Origin: Verrucomicrobiaceae bacterium
Lineage (GTDB): Bacteria > Verrucomicrobiota > Verrucomicrobiia > Verrucomicrobiales > Akkermansiaceae
DNA: 64,000 bases
Assembly: GCA_051252135.1 (NCBI GenBank)
Contig: JBPOGH010000020.1
Location: 15,499-79,498, forward strand
Reading direction: 5' to 3'
Part shown: positions 1 through 15,000 of the stretch, piece by piece
Layout of the letters: each line of letters opens with the position of its first letter
Position numbering within the stretch: the stretch's first letter is position 1
Position numbers and translations under genes: made by a program
Notes under the pieces: generated by a model
What the model was told of the DNA's origin: nothing
What the model saw: only the letters and a program-made list of their open reading frames with translations
Databases searched by the model: none

Positions 1-3000
1 GTATCGTTGACTGTATTTGGGCAAACGATTGAGGCCGTGTTCTTCTTCGAACAGACGACCACTGCTGCAAATGTGCAGGTTGTCAGGATCGGCCTTTCCG
101 ATGTTTCCATTTTCCTCGGCGACCGTAAGGGTGCGGGTGCCGATGACGACATGGGAGTCTTCCTCAGAGATGGCTTCGGAAGTATCCTGATCACCCAGCA
201 AGGGGTCGCCGGTGAGTTTGGAGGCACAACCGGTCTCACCCAGGCTCTGATGGATGAGATTGGGGGAGGATTCACCGCGAACCTCAGATTCCAGATCAAT
301 ACTCTTGGGGTCGCAGTGAACGAGCGCTTCGACTTCATCAATGCAGCGGGTCAAACCGAGACCACGATTCTCAAACTGAAAAAAGGACCATTCTTCCGTG
401 CGGAAACATTGCCAAATGCGGACGGTTCTCCGGGAGCGGTGATTACGATTGGTGGCCTTGCGCTTCGCGGAGACTTCGCCTTCGAAAAGGGCCAACTTCG
501 AATCACACCGACCAGTGCACCGGTAGAGGTTCTTTCCATTGCCGCAGTGAACGTGAGCATCGCCCCAACGGGAGACGTGAGCACTGGTATTTCAAATGCT
601 GCCGGAGCGATCCTCTTCCTCCCTGCCGTCGCACCAACGGCGACAACGCCGGCGCGGACCGCGGGAATCGCTGCTCTCGTGACAGGTCGCGCCGAAGTTC
701 AAGCTGCGGGATTCGATGCCGGAGTGAGTATCGGGGTGGGCATCAACACAACCGGAGCTGCGGTCGATACCAAGCTCTCAGTGGGTGGCACGGAAATTTC
801 AGTAAGGCTCAGTGATGCGACCTTCAGCGTTCTTGCCCAGGACCTCGACTTCAACTTCGGGGACTTCCTGGAGATCGACGGTAATTTCGCAATCTCCGGC
901 GGAACCTTCTCTGGCTCCGGTCTTAACATCTTCCTGGGTCAAGGGCCATACAAGCTGGATGATGGATCGATCAACAGCGACGCCATCGGCGTTCTCCTGA
1001 GTAACGGAACCATCGACTTTAAGACTTTGGGAACGACAGCGGGTGACGGACTCTATGCCATTAAGGCCACCGGGAATCTCGCACTGGTCGGACTTGATGG
1101 TCTTACTGTTCAGGGTAACGTTACCCTGCTGATCAACACCTCGACCACCGCGGTTGATCTCGGGGGTCAATCCATCGCACCGGGAACCTTCTCCTTCGTT
1201 GCCCGAGGAGCTGAATTTAGCATCGGCAATCGCTTCAGCGTAGGAGGCACCTTCGTCATTTCCCGACGTCCGAATGGTGACCTTGATGTTCTTATTGGAG
1301 GTGGATCGGTTTCCATCAACGACGAGAATGGCGATTCTCTCTTCGGAGTGACCGGAAGCGCATCCTTCTCCATCACCCAGGCAGCAGGGTTCAAACTCAC
1401 TTCCTTCAAGGTCCGTGGGTTCTCGATCATGGATCAGATGGGCCTTGAGTCAGGCACGGTCGATAATAGCGCCGGAAATAACAATGGCTTTAGCGGCACT
1501 GACTTCTTCCCAACTGCCGACCTCGCCGGCCCCATCACGGGAGGAAAGATTGTGGGGAGTGATCTCCTGAACAAACGCTACATCGATATTCAGTACAATG
1601 ACTTGAACAATGTCGGACTGAATAACAACACGATCACCGATATCGCCCAGGAGTTTGTCGTTAAGATCAACGGACAGACCAACCACAACCTCGTCTTCAA
1701 CGGAGCGCCAACCAAGGTATCGGGCAAGCCAAATACCTGGAGGTATCAACTCACGAGCGGCACACTGACTACCGATCAGCTCAATAGCCGCGTAACGATC
1801 GAATTCAATTCCGGTTCCTTCTCGGACAACGGCGGAATCGGTAATTTCCCGGAGATCGAATACTTCAATGTCGTCCCAAGTGCGAACGTCCTTCCGGGTG
1901 CCACCGCAATTATATCGAGCCCAACCAATGGCGGAGCCGTTGATGCAGCGGCTCTGAATCAGAAACAGTATCTCGACGTTACATTCTCCTCACAAGATGG
2001 CACGCCAATCAACAAGGCTACAATCATCGACACCATTCCATTCAAGCTGAGTGGCACAGGACTTGATCGTATTCAGCTCAACCCGGACGGCACCCCGATT
2101 CTTCGAGGTAGCCAACCACTTCTGACCTCCGGGTTTGAAGACACGGCGCTGAGCGTAACATATCGTTACTTCCTGACCCCAATCGCCCCGCCAGCACCCG
2201 AGCCGGTTCAGCCCGGGCAACCTGCTCCGGCACCACCGGCTCCCTCACTCTTTAAAGGTGGGCAAGTACGGGTTAGCTTTATCAACGACAGCTTTGCCAG
2301 TGTGGGGAACACGGCTGCCGGAAGTCTTAATAAGGGCAGTATCACCCAGTCCTTCACCGTTGATCCCACCGTCGCAGGTTCGGCTGCCGCAAGTGGTTCA
2401 ATCAATATCGGACCACTTGAGGTTGAAGGACCCACGATCGGGCTTGAGGATATTGGGTTTAAGGACGGCCTTCTCATTCTCACCATTGGAATTGGGGTGA
2501 ATCGCGCGAGCCTCGCCTTTGGAGGAGGAGGAAATGCGACAGGTGCCAACGGCCAACAGACCAGCATGAGTAATTCCCAGGCTGACAGTGGAATCAAGGC
2601 CGAGCTACTTGGAGTCCTTGGAACCTTTGACATCGCCGTTGATGCCTTCGGTCTCCTGAGCGGCAATGTGGACATCAACCTGACAGGGAAGTGGGGCCTG
2701 CGTGTCGGAGTTCTGGAGATCGACGTCCCTGATGTAGTCAACGTAACGGCCCGCGGAATCAACATTAACTACGATCCGTCGTTCGGAGCCGAGGGCTCGG
2801 CAACCGAAGGGATGGCCCAGGAGCTGGTGAAGATCGACAACGCGGTCATTCAGATTCCTGCCGTAAACATTCAAGGCACTCTCAATGATGTGACCATTCG
2901 CGACAATGGCTTCACTCTTGGAAATGCTGAAATCTGCTATGGATGTCTCGACGCCCCGAACTCAGGAACCGCGCTCAATGCCGACGGGACAGTCGCTTCC

Positions 3001-6000
3001 AGCCAGACTGCCGCGATCAAGTTGGGAACCGTTCTGGAGTTCGACGATATCCGAATTGGAGTGAATAATTTCACCGTCAATTTTGACGCTGAAAACCCGG
3101 TCGACTTTGATGGGGAGATTTACATCGCCTCGGGTGGAGTTCGCTTCCTTCCGGGTAAGGCCATCAGCGGAACCCTGAGTGACCGCAATGATTCCACCGA
3201 TGTGACCAATGGTATCCAGAATACCGAAGCGGTCCGGGCCACCTTGAGTTTCACCAACGGAAAAGTTGATTCCTTCAAATTCCATGTTGATACCCTGGAG
3301 CTGAATCTCAGCAGTTTCGTTACACTTCGGGCTACCGACTTCATGCTTGATACCGGTGCTGCCGATGACGAGGTGTTGGTCTCCTTTATGAGTGTTGGTG
3401 CGACGGTGAAAATCGGTTCACTGCTCCTTACCGGTGAAGCCCGTCAGTTCCGTGTTATGGGTGATGGTAGCTTCGATGCTCTTCCAGGCTTCGGAGTGTT
3501 TATCAGCATCGGTTCCGCGACTGGGGAGTCATTCAAATGGCCTTCGTTCCTTCCAATCAAGATCACTCAAATCGGAATCCAGTGGGATGATATTGAAAAT
3601 GATCCCGGCGACTTTGTCCTGATCCTCTCGGCCGAGGTGACAGAGATTAAGGGAGTGAAGGGGTTGACCTTCTCGGGAGCCGTTACCGGGATCAAGATTT
3701 CTCCGAAGCTCTTGATCGAGGGCGAGAACCCGATCATTGGTATTGAGTCCCTTGGAGTCAGTATTTCCGGCAATCTCTTTGGTGGTGAAGTCACCGCGAC
3801 CCTGATCGGAGGCATTCTCCGTCTTGATGAGCAGTATAATATTATTTCCGCTCTCGATACCGTTACGCCGGTTGAGCAGCGCGTGTTCTTCATCGGTCTG
3901 GAGGGTAAGTTTGCGATCGCAGGCATCGGCGGATTCGGTATCCGATTCGCACTCTCCGAGCTCGGACCTCTCAGCGTTCTCCTCAATGCCGACATTCCGA
4001 TCACAGTCGAGCCGATCTCAGGTCTCACCATTTCCGACTTCACCGCCAGCGTTGAGTTCTTCAAGACCCTGCCTTCCATTGATGATCCGTTCGCGCTTCG
4101 CGGATCTGCCTTTGCGCCTCCGGGAGATATCGATGTCTCCACTTGGCTCGATACGGTTCGCAGTCAGGTAGCGACCCAAGCCCGACTTGTGGCAGCCAAT
4201 CCGGCATTGAATGGATTTACCGCAGCATTCAATTCGCCACTGACCATTTCCGGTAGTGCGCGTATCTATTCGCTCTATACCTCACAAGCACTCTTCAACG
4301 GCAAGGTCTTCATCAAGATTTCCACCGATGGTAAGTTCCTCGTAGGCGGTCAGCTAAACTTCATCGATAACAACATCAGCATTTCCGGTAAGCTCTATGC
4401 CGACCTTTCGAATGTCGCCAATGGCGATGTGACTGTCCTCTTCCTCGCGGACATTCCGGATCAGATCGAACTGCTTTCCATCTACGGTAAGTTGAAGATG
4501 GGCTTCCGTAATTCCGCAGGAGATGAGGTCGAGTTCGTGGTGGCTGCCAACTCGACCGCGATCCCCGGTGGTGGCCAGCCGACTGCCGATCTCATTGCCC
4601 CGGTCGGAAATGGTGAGGCCATTGATTCCGGCGTGATTAATGACGCCGGCAACATGTTCCGCCATACGGATGGCTCTGATTACTACTACGTCGACGTCAA
4701 CTACAACTCATCGGGATCAGTTTCACTTGATTACGAATCAATTCTCGACACTCCGGGTGAGTTCACCCTGTCTCGCAACGGATCAACAGTCGCTACTCTC
4801 GGAATCATGGTTCCGGTGGATACGATCATCAACCAATTCGGGATCGTAGAAACTGCCGCCCTCGTATTCAGACCTGCCTCGGGCGATGACGAGGCCCGGA
4901 TCGTTCGGGTTGTGAAGGATGATGCTGAAGCCTCCGGCTATCGTGATGAGATTGTTCTTACGGCCTCCGATGTGCCGGATATCACCGCTACGGGAACCGA
5001 GCTGGAGAATGCTCTGCTTGTAGCCGCCCTCCGCACTACCGGAGTCCGTCGTTTCCGCTACCTCCTCGACACCAGCTTTGAAAAGGGAGATTACCAACTG
5101 ACGTTTGCGGCTGATGCCTTCAAGCACGCTGATATCACCGATGAGGATGGCATTGTGGTCACACCGGGAATTGGCAATGAGGAATTCACTCTTGGATTTG
5201 TGGTGGAAGGAGCAAGTGCGCGACTTGTCGACCCGACCACCGGTGCAAATCTCGATATCAACACGATCAACGGACGAACCTTCATCGATGTTGAATTCGT
5301 CAGCCCGACGAGTGGCACTCTCGACTTCCTGGAAAGCTCGATCACCGACCTCAGCCCTGAGTTCCGCCTAACCGGTGCAGGTCTGGGATCAATTACTCTT
5401 GATAATAGCACGGCACCGATCCGATTGAATGGCGGAGTGGGTCATACTTACCGCTACTTCTTGCAAGGCAACTTTGCGGAAAATGCAGCTGGCGAGATCG
5501 ACGGAACGATCCAGCTCAGTTTCCTTGAGAATGCATGGTCTTACGTTGATAGCAGTCTTGTTCCGGAAGACGTCGACAACCAGGTTGTGCAGACTCCTGC
5601 CGGCGGCAACTTCCAGGCCGGGGACACCGGGCCGATTGTTTTCGAGGTTGTCTTTGATGCTGCCAACGGAGTCACTCCTCCAGCAGGGTTCGCGCTCGAC
5701 CCGGGCTCGCTAACTGATGCCAACATCGAGTTCATCGACTTTGATCCAGCTACTCCCGGAATTCAGTTTGAGTCTCCTGCGGGAATCGTAGTGACCCTCA
5801 ACCGGACAATTGATGTCAGCTACTCACCGGACTCCAAAACTCTCAGTATTCCCACGACCTATCGGATTGCAGACGACGCGACAGCCCCCGGTTCATCCTT
5901 TGCGATCACCGTGGATATTGATCCCGCCTCATTAGGATTTAAGGTAGTGGATGGCGTCGTTTCAGGAACGCAGCCGGGAGACACCAAACAGCTTAAAGAT

Positions 6001-9000
6001 GCATCGGCCGCCTCAGCTGGTGATGTGATTGCTTCAAACGACCGCACCTTTATCGATATTCTCTTCGCAGGAAGTGCCGGCCAGCAATTGGATTCAGGCT
6101 CCGTTCTCGATACCGATCCTGAGTTTGTTCTTACTGGAATCGGAGTGGGTTCCGCGACTCTTCTCACAGTAGACAACCCACTGGAACTCGGTGGCAATGT
6201 CTTCCGTTACTTCATCATGGGCGACTTCGAGGTGGGACGGGTGAATCTCGATTTCATTGCGAATTCATGGATGGATGGCTCAGGTGAAACCAATCACGCA
6301 TTCACCCGCTCCTACACTGTTCAGGGAAGCACCGCGGATGTCATCGTCACCCGCAACGAGGTTCCCTACAGTCTGGATGGCTCGGAGGTCGGCTTGGCTG
6401 AAATCAATGATGCCGGGTTCATTGACATCACCTTCCGTCCATCGAATGGAAACACTCTCGAGCACAGCTCGGTCAACGGTGATGAAATCATTCTGACCGG
6501 TCCGGACGGCACCGTAGTTAGCTTCGCAGGCACTCCAATGCGCATCAGCGGAACGGATACCTTCCGCTACACACTGGGTGAAGACCTCGCCATCGGAGTA
6601 TACACTCTTACGATTGCGGCCAATAGCTTCTCCGATTCTGCCGGGTTTACCAATCTGGAGGAAACAGAACGCTTCACAGTCAACGTCGCCCGCGCGACGC
6701 TTACCAATCCGCCATCGGGATCGACGGAGAATCGTGAAACCCTGAATGGTCGCGGATACATCGACATCGTCTTTGATGATGTGGTCACTCCGACGCTGAA
6801 TTCGGACGAGCTTCAGATTGGCTCCACAAGTGCATCGATTGACCCTGATAGTATCCTTGATGAAGGACCGGAGTTCCTTCTCTTCGATGGGGACGGCAAC
6901 CAGATTAATGTGGAAGCAGTTCCTGTCAGTCTGGGTGGCAACAGCTTCCGGTATTTCATCCAGTCCGGTGCCGCCGGTGACAGCTTCCGCGTCCAGTTCC
7001 TGCCGGGATCATGGGAAGATGGAAACGGAAATAAGGTAACTTCCGAGCAGGCCAGCGGATACATTGCCGCTGAACAGGTTCCGGCAGATACGGATGGTGT
7101 CATCGATATTCAATTCAACGGAATCCGCGGAACTGCGAATGGTGAGTTCGTGACCTTTGAGATCGACTACGACACGGTCATGGATGCCGATGATGAGATC
7201 ACGGTCCAGATCACGGATGCTGACGGAAATCTCGTCACCGTTGAACTCGACGACACTCCAATTGATCTGGGTAACGGCCGCTTCCGTTACGTCCTGACAA
7301 ACGGAGAAAGCACGGACAATGCCGTCGTAACCTTCAATGCCGACACTTGGGAGATCGACAATGGTCGCACGGTTAATCAGGCCGACATCGATGCTCCTGC
7401 GATCAATGTTGCGGGAGCCGCAGTCGATCCCGGAAACCCAACCCGTGCCGGGCCTTACTTCGACATCACATACACACCAATCGACGGAACTGAAGTTGAT
7501 GCATCCACCATTCTTGGTGATGATGATGAGTTCATCCTTTCAGGTGCACAGGCGCAGAACCTGGTCTTCGTCGATGTCTATGATCTGGGCAACAACACCT
7601 TCCGTTATCTCTATCAGGGTCAACTTGATACCGGCATCATGGAGGTTCAATTTGTGGAGGGCGCGTGGGCCGATACCGCTGGAAACCTTGGTCAGGCCAG
7701 CACATCCGCAATTAAGATTCTCACCGAATCCGAGTCCTTCTTTATCGAAATCAGCGGTGGGATTGTTCTCAACTCGGGAGGATTCCTCGATGAACCCATC
7801 ATTGAGCTCTCCGGCGAGATCATCATGGAATTTGACACGACCCGAAGTGTCTTCCAACTCGATTTCAGCGCTCAACTCGCACTTTATAAGCTCGGATCGG
7901 TCGGAGCTGTGGCAGGTCGCTTTGTAGTCGATAATTCCCGCACCGTTTCTGATAACGTTCAGATTTGGGGTGTTGCCGCTCTTCGCACGAACTTCTCCTT
8001 CCTTGAGCAATACGGACTCTACCTCAGTGCCGAGGGCACCCTGCAGCTGAACCTGACCTCACAGCAGAAGACCGAAACACTCACCTTTAAGGGACTTGAT
8101 GGCGGAGCTGATCGCACTGAGACCTTCGTCCTTGCTCCGGAACTCTTCGCAATCGAGCTGGTTGGCTACGCACGTGTCCGTCCTCCGGGAACGTCCACAG
8201 ATGTGCTCAGTCTGGAAGGGGGCTTCTACCTCAGCTTCAGTCCGTCCCGGTTCGAATTGTTCGTTAACGCGTCACTTTCGTTCGGCGCAGGGGAGTCATC
8301 GATCAACTTCGGTGAGGCGACCGGTCTTCTGGTTATTCAGACCGGTCTTGGTGCTGGCGAAAATACCGGTCTCGCTGGATCCTTCCGCGTCTCCAAGGGA
8401 GCGGATATTGGTCTTCCCGATGTCGGCAATATCTTCAAGGCCAGTGGGTCCGTCACGGTAGTGGTTAACACCACGCTTCAGGATGTGATCTTCCAGCTTC
8501 CCGACTCCTTCCTTGCCATCATCGATGGAGACGAGCTTCCCGGATTTGCAGCCGGGGGAACGATTGATTCGAATGGTGACGGGGTCATCAACGAAGAGGA
8601 TAAGGCCTCCTTCACGATCTTCGAAAGCGCGCCGGGCATTGACGGCAGCCGTCGTGCGGAGGGAGTGCCCGAGGTTTATGCCACTGCGATCATTCAGGCT
8701 GAGCTCATTATTGGAGACTTCATCGAACTTGTAGGATTCCTCCAGATTACGATCGCTGCAAATAGCGACGGCGGGCGACTTTCGATCACCGGAGCGGTCA
8801 GCACGACGATCCCACTTCTGGGAACTCTGACCGGAACCTTGAACTTCGATGTCTTCCTGGGAGTTGAGACCGGAATTGTGGGTCGCGTGGTTCTTTCGCT
8901 ATCGAACACCGATATTCCGGATGTGGAAATTGCCGGAATCATTATCCTTGAGATCAACACCTTCGGAACGACCCGGGACGTCACCAACTTCAAGACCAAG

Positions 9001-12000
9001 ACCAAGACCTACACCCGAAGTGACGGGTCTTCACTGACGGTGTTTGACGGCTTTGAACGGGATACGAATGGCGACCTCATTACCGATACCGTCACGATTG
9101 AAACGGTGGGTGGATTCAAGCTGGAACTCGCCGGACTCCTTACCGTTTCGGACAAGTTTGAGTTTGTGGGTTATGTTCGCTTTACGTTGGAGCTGGCAGG
9201 AGATGATCCGGGAATTGAACTTCTGGTGCTTGCCAGCCTCAGAATTGAAGGCATCGGTTCCGTTCAGGTTGATGGCGGCTTCCGGATCAATAGCCAGGGT
9301 CTGGTGGCCCGCGCTGCAGTCTCTCTAGATGTCGGATTTGGAGGAGATATCGGACTCGATTTCTCGGTGAGTGCCGTCATTCAGTTGAACACCACCGGTG
9401 TTAATCAAGAACTTGGAATGGCGACGATTCCTCCCGGATTCCTTCTCGCGCTCCAGGGAAGTGTCGAGTTCCTGGGGATCGCGACCGCACAGGGTTCCGT
9501 CTCACTCTTCATTGGGCCGGATGGATTCGAATTCCTCTTCGATGTCAGCTTCAATATTGCCGGTGTTCTTACCTTCTCCGCAGCTGGAGGAGCCGCAGTC
9601 TATGTCAACCAGCCTGCGGGTCAGAACGGTCTGGCTCTGGTCCTTAATGTCGTGGTTGATGCCGATGTCACCATTGCTTCCTTCGAGGCTTCCGGACTGC
9701 TGATCATCAACACGACGAACATTGCCCGTGTTCTTGGAACGCAGAATCTCGCCGCAAACGTCTTCATTCTGGATGTCTCCGGTAAGATTGAGGTCCTCAA
9801 GGTTCTTAAGATCGATGCTGATTTCCGAATCGAGATCGGTGAGGACTACTGGTCGATTGCCTTCAGCGTTGACATTGATTTCTTCGGACTGGCCAAACTC
9901 ACCGGAAGCTTCTTCCTCGATTCCGATGGCATGTTTGACATCAACATTAGTGGCTATGTGAGTCTCGGTGGTGGTGGCACAGGACTCTTTGGAAACTTCA
10001 GTTTCCATGTTCGTTCCGGATTCCTTGGAACCGATACCAATGGTGACGGTAAGATTAGCGGCAACGAGATTGAGACCGATAACATCGGGAATCCGCAGTA
10101 TGAGTTCCTCCTCAGCGGTTCCGCCCAGGTCTCGGCGAAGATCTTCGGCATCACTCTTGCGTCCTTTGGATTGAGCTTCAGCTTCCGGGCGGCCGGAGCC
10201 GGGGAAACTCCGATTGTTCTGACAGTATCTGTCCGGATTAAGATTCTCTTCGTTAAGATCACCAAGACGGCACGCTTTAAGATCGGAGTCCTTCAGCTAC
10301 CCAAGCCGGTTTATTTGGGCGCCAGCCAAGGCAACCCCCAGGCATGGGTTGAGAACACCGCTACCGGTTCTCCGCTCTACTTGAATGTCGGCAGCCGTTC
10401 GGGCTCCCGCAATATTGGAAACACTCCACAGCTGGACGATCCGGCAACAGACCTCAATGAGGCTCTCCAGCATATCAACGAAAGCTACATTATCCGTGAT
10501 ATCGGACCAAGTGAGGTCGGTGCCGGCCGGGTCATTAAGGTGACCGCCTACGGTCGCACTAACACTTTCCAGAATGTCTCCAGCATCCATGGTGATTTCG
10601 GTGATGGCGACGACGTCGTTTTCCTAGGCGCCCCGGTTCTCGACGACGACGGCAACCCAATCGCTCCAGGTCCAAATACTCCGGCTGCCCCGGTTTCCCA
10701 GGTTCCAACGATCCCCGTCTACCTCAACATGGGTAGCGGTGATGACTCGGTCTCCTTCTCTGGAACGGCCGCGCCAAATAGAGCATCGGAGAGCAACCTG
10801 ATCATCCTCGGATCCGGCAATGACTACGCAGGTCTCATCGGTGAGGGAACCGCAATCGTCGATGGTGGTTCGGGCGACGACTTTATTGAAAATCTTGGCA
10901 CCGGGCAGGCCTTCTTTAATGGTGATGCCGGCAGTGACCGTATTCTCGGAAAAACCTCCGCGGATGTGATCAACGGTGGTGCAGGCGATGACGACATTGA
11001 TGGTCCGGGCGGCGTGATCAACGGCGGTGACGGAAATGATCAGATTAACTTCGCCGTTCAGACTCAAACCGGGAATTCAACGATTACCGGCGGCGCAGGA
11101 TCAGATTACCTGAATATTTCGGGTCGGGCCACCGCCGACAATATTACGGTTACGAATTCAGGTGGCACGGTGACATCCAGCTTCGACGGCCAGAATTTGG
11201 TCAGCACAGGAATTGAAAACCTCTTTATCGATGGTCGGGGTGGTGCGGACAACTTTGTAGTGGATGATCTTGAAGGCTCGGGCCTTTCCTCCTTCTCCAT
11301 CGACTTCGGCCGTAGCGTTGTGCAGACCGGAACGCAGGTCGTTACCGAAAGCCTCGATCCCGATGATCCTGACGCAGACACTGTCGATCAGCTTGCGGCA
11401 GTTCTCGCAATCTCGAACGATAACGCAGCGGACCGCCTGAGCGTCATCGGTGACAACGGAAATGATTTCTTCAATCTCGTCAATTCCGGTGAGTTCACCG
11501 GAGTAGATGCCGATGGAATTGTCATCGGTGCGGCCCGTTACACCGTGGTCACCATCGGTCGTTCGGATTACACGATCGACGGGAATGGGAATCTGTCCGT
11601 TTCCAATCCTTCCGTCAGCATCAACATCACCAACTCGGTCCGAAGCGAGGGTGATAATGCGGTGGTCAACGGACTTGGTGGAAATGATGTGATCGATGCG
11701 TCGGGCCTAAGCGTAAGCGCGACCCGTCCGGATGGCGTCACGATTCCCCGCACGGATCAGATTATTGCAAGCCTTGTTGGTGACACCGGAGATGACACCC
11801 TGGTGGGATCGGACTTCGATGATATCCTCAATGGTGGAGTCGGCAGCGATACTTATACCGGTGGCGATGGACTCGACCTCTTCTTTGATGCGAGCATTGA
11901 TCCGGGTGACTTTGATACTCTGGTAGAGAATCAGGACCGCGATGTTTTGATCACGGACAATAGTTTCATTACCGGTAAGATTCGTGGTGATGGCTTGATT

Positions 12001-15000
12001 CAGATTCTCAACCGCAAGGACGGTTTCGACCGGGAAGAAGTTCAGGAGGTCCGCCATAGTGAGAACAGCGGAACCTTTACCCTGACCTACCGGGGGCAGA
12101 CCACAGGAGCCCTTGCCCACAATTCCTCCGGAGATCAGATTCGCGCTGCCCTTCTGGCACTCAGCACCATCGACAAAGTACGAGTGGAGCAGACAAGTGA
12201 TGGAGGAAGCGGAGGACCTTACATTTGGGAGGTGGCCTTCCTGGGACCAACCGGGCAAGTGATTCCGGCTAATGCCTCACAGAATGATACCGGAGGTGCT
12301 GATTCACTTCTGAGTATTTCTATGACCGGCTCGACGGATTCGGTGGCCCGAGTCGTCAAGGAAGTGGATACCGAAGTCGAGATTCAGCGCATTACCCACT
12401 CTGGTGCCGGTGGTGGTTCCTACACGCTCATCTTCAACGACGGTCGAAATGAGGCTGAAACCGGTTCCATCCCCTGGAATGCAACTGCCGCCCAACTGGC
12501 CTCGGCGCTCAACGCACTCAGTGGACAAGTTGATCTCGGAACCATCAGTGTCCAGGAAATCACCCTCCGGAATACCGATAATATTGCCGTTGGGCCCTAC
12601 AGCTACCTTGTGACCTTCGAGGTGTCCACGAACCGTCCCAACAACGTCCTTCTCCTGAAGGAGGGTCAAAACAACCTCCAATCCGGAGGAACAATCAGCG
12701 GCCTGCCAACGGAAGTCGAATTGCAGGAGTCGAGTAAGGCGGTTGATCCAACTCTTGGCATTCCGGACAGTTTCACCCGATTTAGCTCCGACGCGATTGT
12801 TGAGGATTTGAAAGGAATCTTTGAAGGGGCCATCATCACCGGGGGAGCCTCCCGCACGATCATCTCCGTGAGCAGCTCCACGGGGTCAGCTACTGTGGGA
12901 TCGACTGAGCTTACCGTAGGAGGCCTGACGATGGACATCACCGTGGACACTGCGATCGCCACCGAGGGTGATGATGCGGCGCTTGCGGAACTCTATGCCG
13001 TCACCTTAACGGGTGAGGACAGCGCGCGCATTACGGTTGCCGATACCGGAGCCGGACAGGGACGTGATGAGATCAAGATTTTTGGAACTGCAAAAGCGGA
13101 CACAGTCTCAAGTGCGGCCTTTGGTGCCGGGCAAGGGCGGACCGGTCTCCTCGGATTGCATACGGGTGACCGCGCCAAAGGTGACCTCCTCTTCTTCCGC
13201 GGCATTGAGCTGGTTCAAATCGAACTCGGTGCCGGAGATGACACCATCCTTTCGGATGACACCGCATCGGTCACCCTGATCAATACCGGTGATGGCGATG
13301 ACGAAATTATTGTGGGCACCGTTCCTCTGATTCCTGACGTGGGGAACCGGACTCTCGAGTTCCCCGAGGGAATTCCGGTTGCGGACACCGAAAATCTGAC
13401 CAACGGAGCCTCCAACAAGCTCTACATCTACGGAGGTGGTGAAAATGATTCCTTCGAGGTGAATTTCAACCGCGCCCAAGTCTATCTGCACGGTGGCAGC
13501 GGTGACGATCGCTTCCTTCTTAAGACCTTCCTCGTCTTGCGCGAGAATCCTGATGACAACGAAGAGGTCACAAACCTGGCCAACCTCTTCGGCGGCATGG
13601 GCAATAACCGCTACTCTTACCTGGAGAATGGACCGGTCGCAATTAACGGAGGCCCTGGCATTGATACTCTGGTTGTGGTCGGAACACCGATCTCCGATAC
13701 CTTCGTAGTCACGGAAAGCGTTGTCGCCGGAGCGGGCCGCCTCGTGAACTTCCGCGGAATCGAGCGCCTTGAAATCAATGGTGCCGGCGGCGGTGACAAT
13801 ATCTACGTCCTAAGCACCAATGAGTCCTTCACCACGACCATCGTGGGTGGTTCGGGAGACGACACCATTCACTTCGGCGGGGATCATCCGCCACTGGTCT
13901 TTGATCCCCCTGAAATCACGGTCACTCCGCCACCTGTTACGATCGAGCTGCCGAGCCAGTTGGTCTACAACACGGTGACCACCACCCGTGCGACCGAGGT
14001 CTACACCTTCGACTTCGGTTGGTGGAGCGGGTTTGCCTCGTTCTTCAATCCAGGCCTGGCCAACCACCTTGCCGAGGTTGCGATCTCTGCCGTAGAGAAT
14101 TTCGTCAACGCCCGCTTCCAGGCTGAGCGTAATGCCTATCCGAACCGTCGTAACCAGACGCTGGAATTCGATCGCGGAAATGTTCAGGTGGAGCGCATCC
14201 GCACCGGCTACAGTTGGTTCTTCGGCATCTTCCAGCGCGATGTTTACCGAGTGACCGTTTCCAATGTGGTTGAATCCTATGAAGAAGGAGTGATCACGAC
14301 CCAAACCCAGACGATTCAACCGCTGTCGTTCTCGTTTGATCCACCACCATTCGCGTTCAAGGAAGCTTCCCAGTTCACCGTCGGTGAAATCCGCGGTCGG
14401 GTGATTGTTGAGGGTGGAAACGCCTTTGAGGATGATGGAGACACCGTCATCTTCCACAATTCTGCCGGATCGAATCTCAAGGGCCTTGTGACCAACCGTT
14501 TGGTGCCACGCTTTGAGTCCCTCGATGACGGAACTTTCCAGCGGGCACTGGATAGTGACGGAAACGAGATCGACGATGTTTACATCTCCGTGGAAGGACT
14601 GGGGCTGCGTGTCGCCGACGATGGCTATCTCAACCCCGACGGCACCCGGACCTTTGGGGTTCAGTTAAAGGGTGTGGAGACTCTTGATCTCCGACTCGCT
14701 GACGAAGACCCGGGGAACGGAGCCTCCCGGAATGACCACTTCACAGTTGCCCTGACCGATCTGCGGGGTTCCGAAACCCGCGAAGGCGTCCTGCGCCAGG
14801 TCACTGATGAAGAACGTCAGGAACTGGACCTTCGGATCGTCGCCGGAGCAGGGGATGACACCATTTTCCTCAAGCAGACCACCGGCTCCACCGAAGTCTT
14901 CGGAGGCCCTGGAATGGATACCGTGACCATCGGGGATAACGGAAGTCTGGCCAACATCGGTGGCGGCCTACTCTTCGATGGCGATGCCCACATTGACGAG

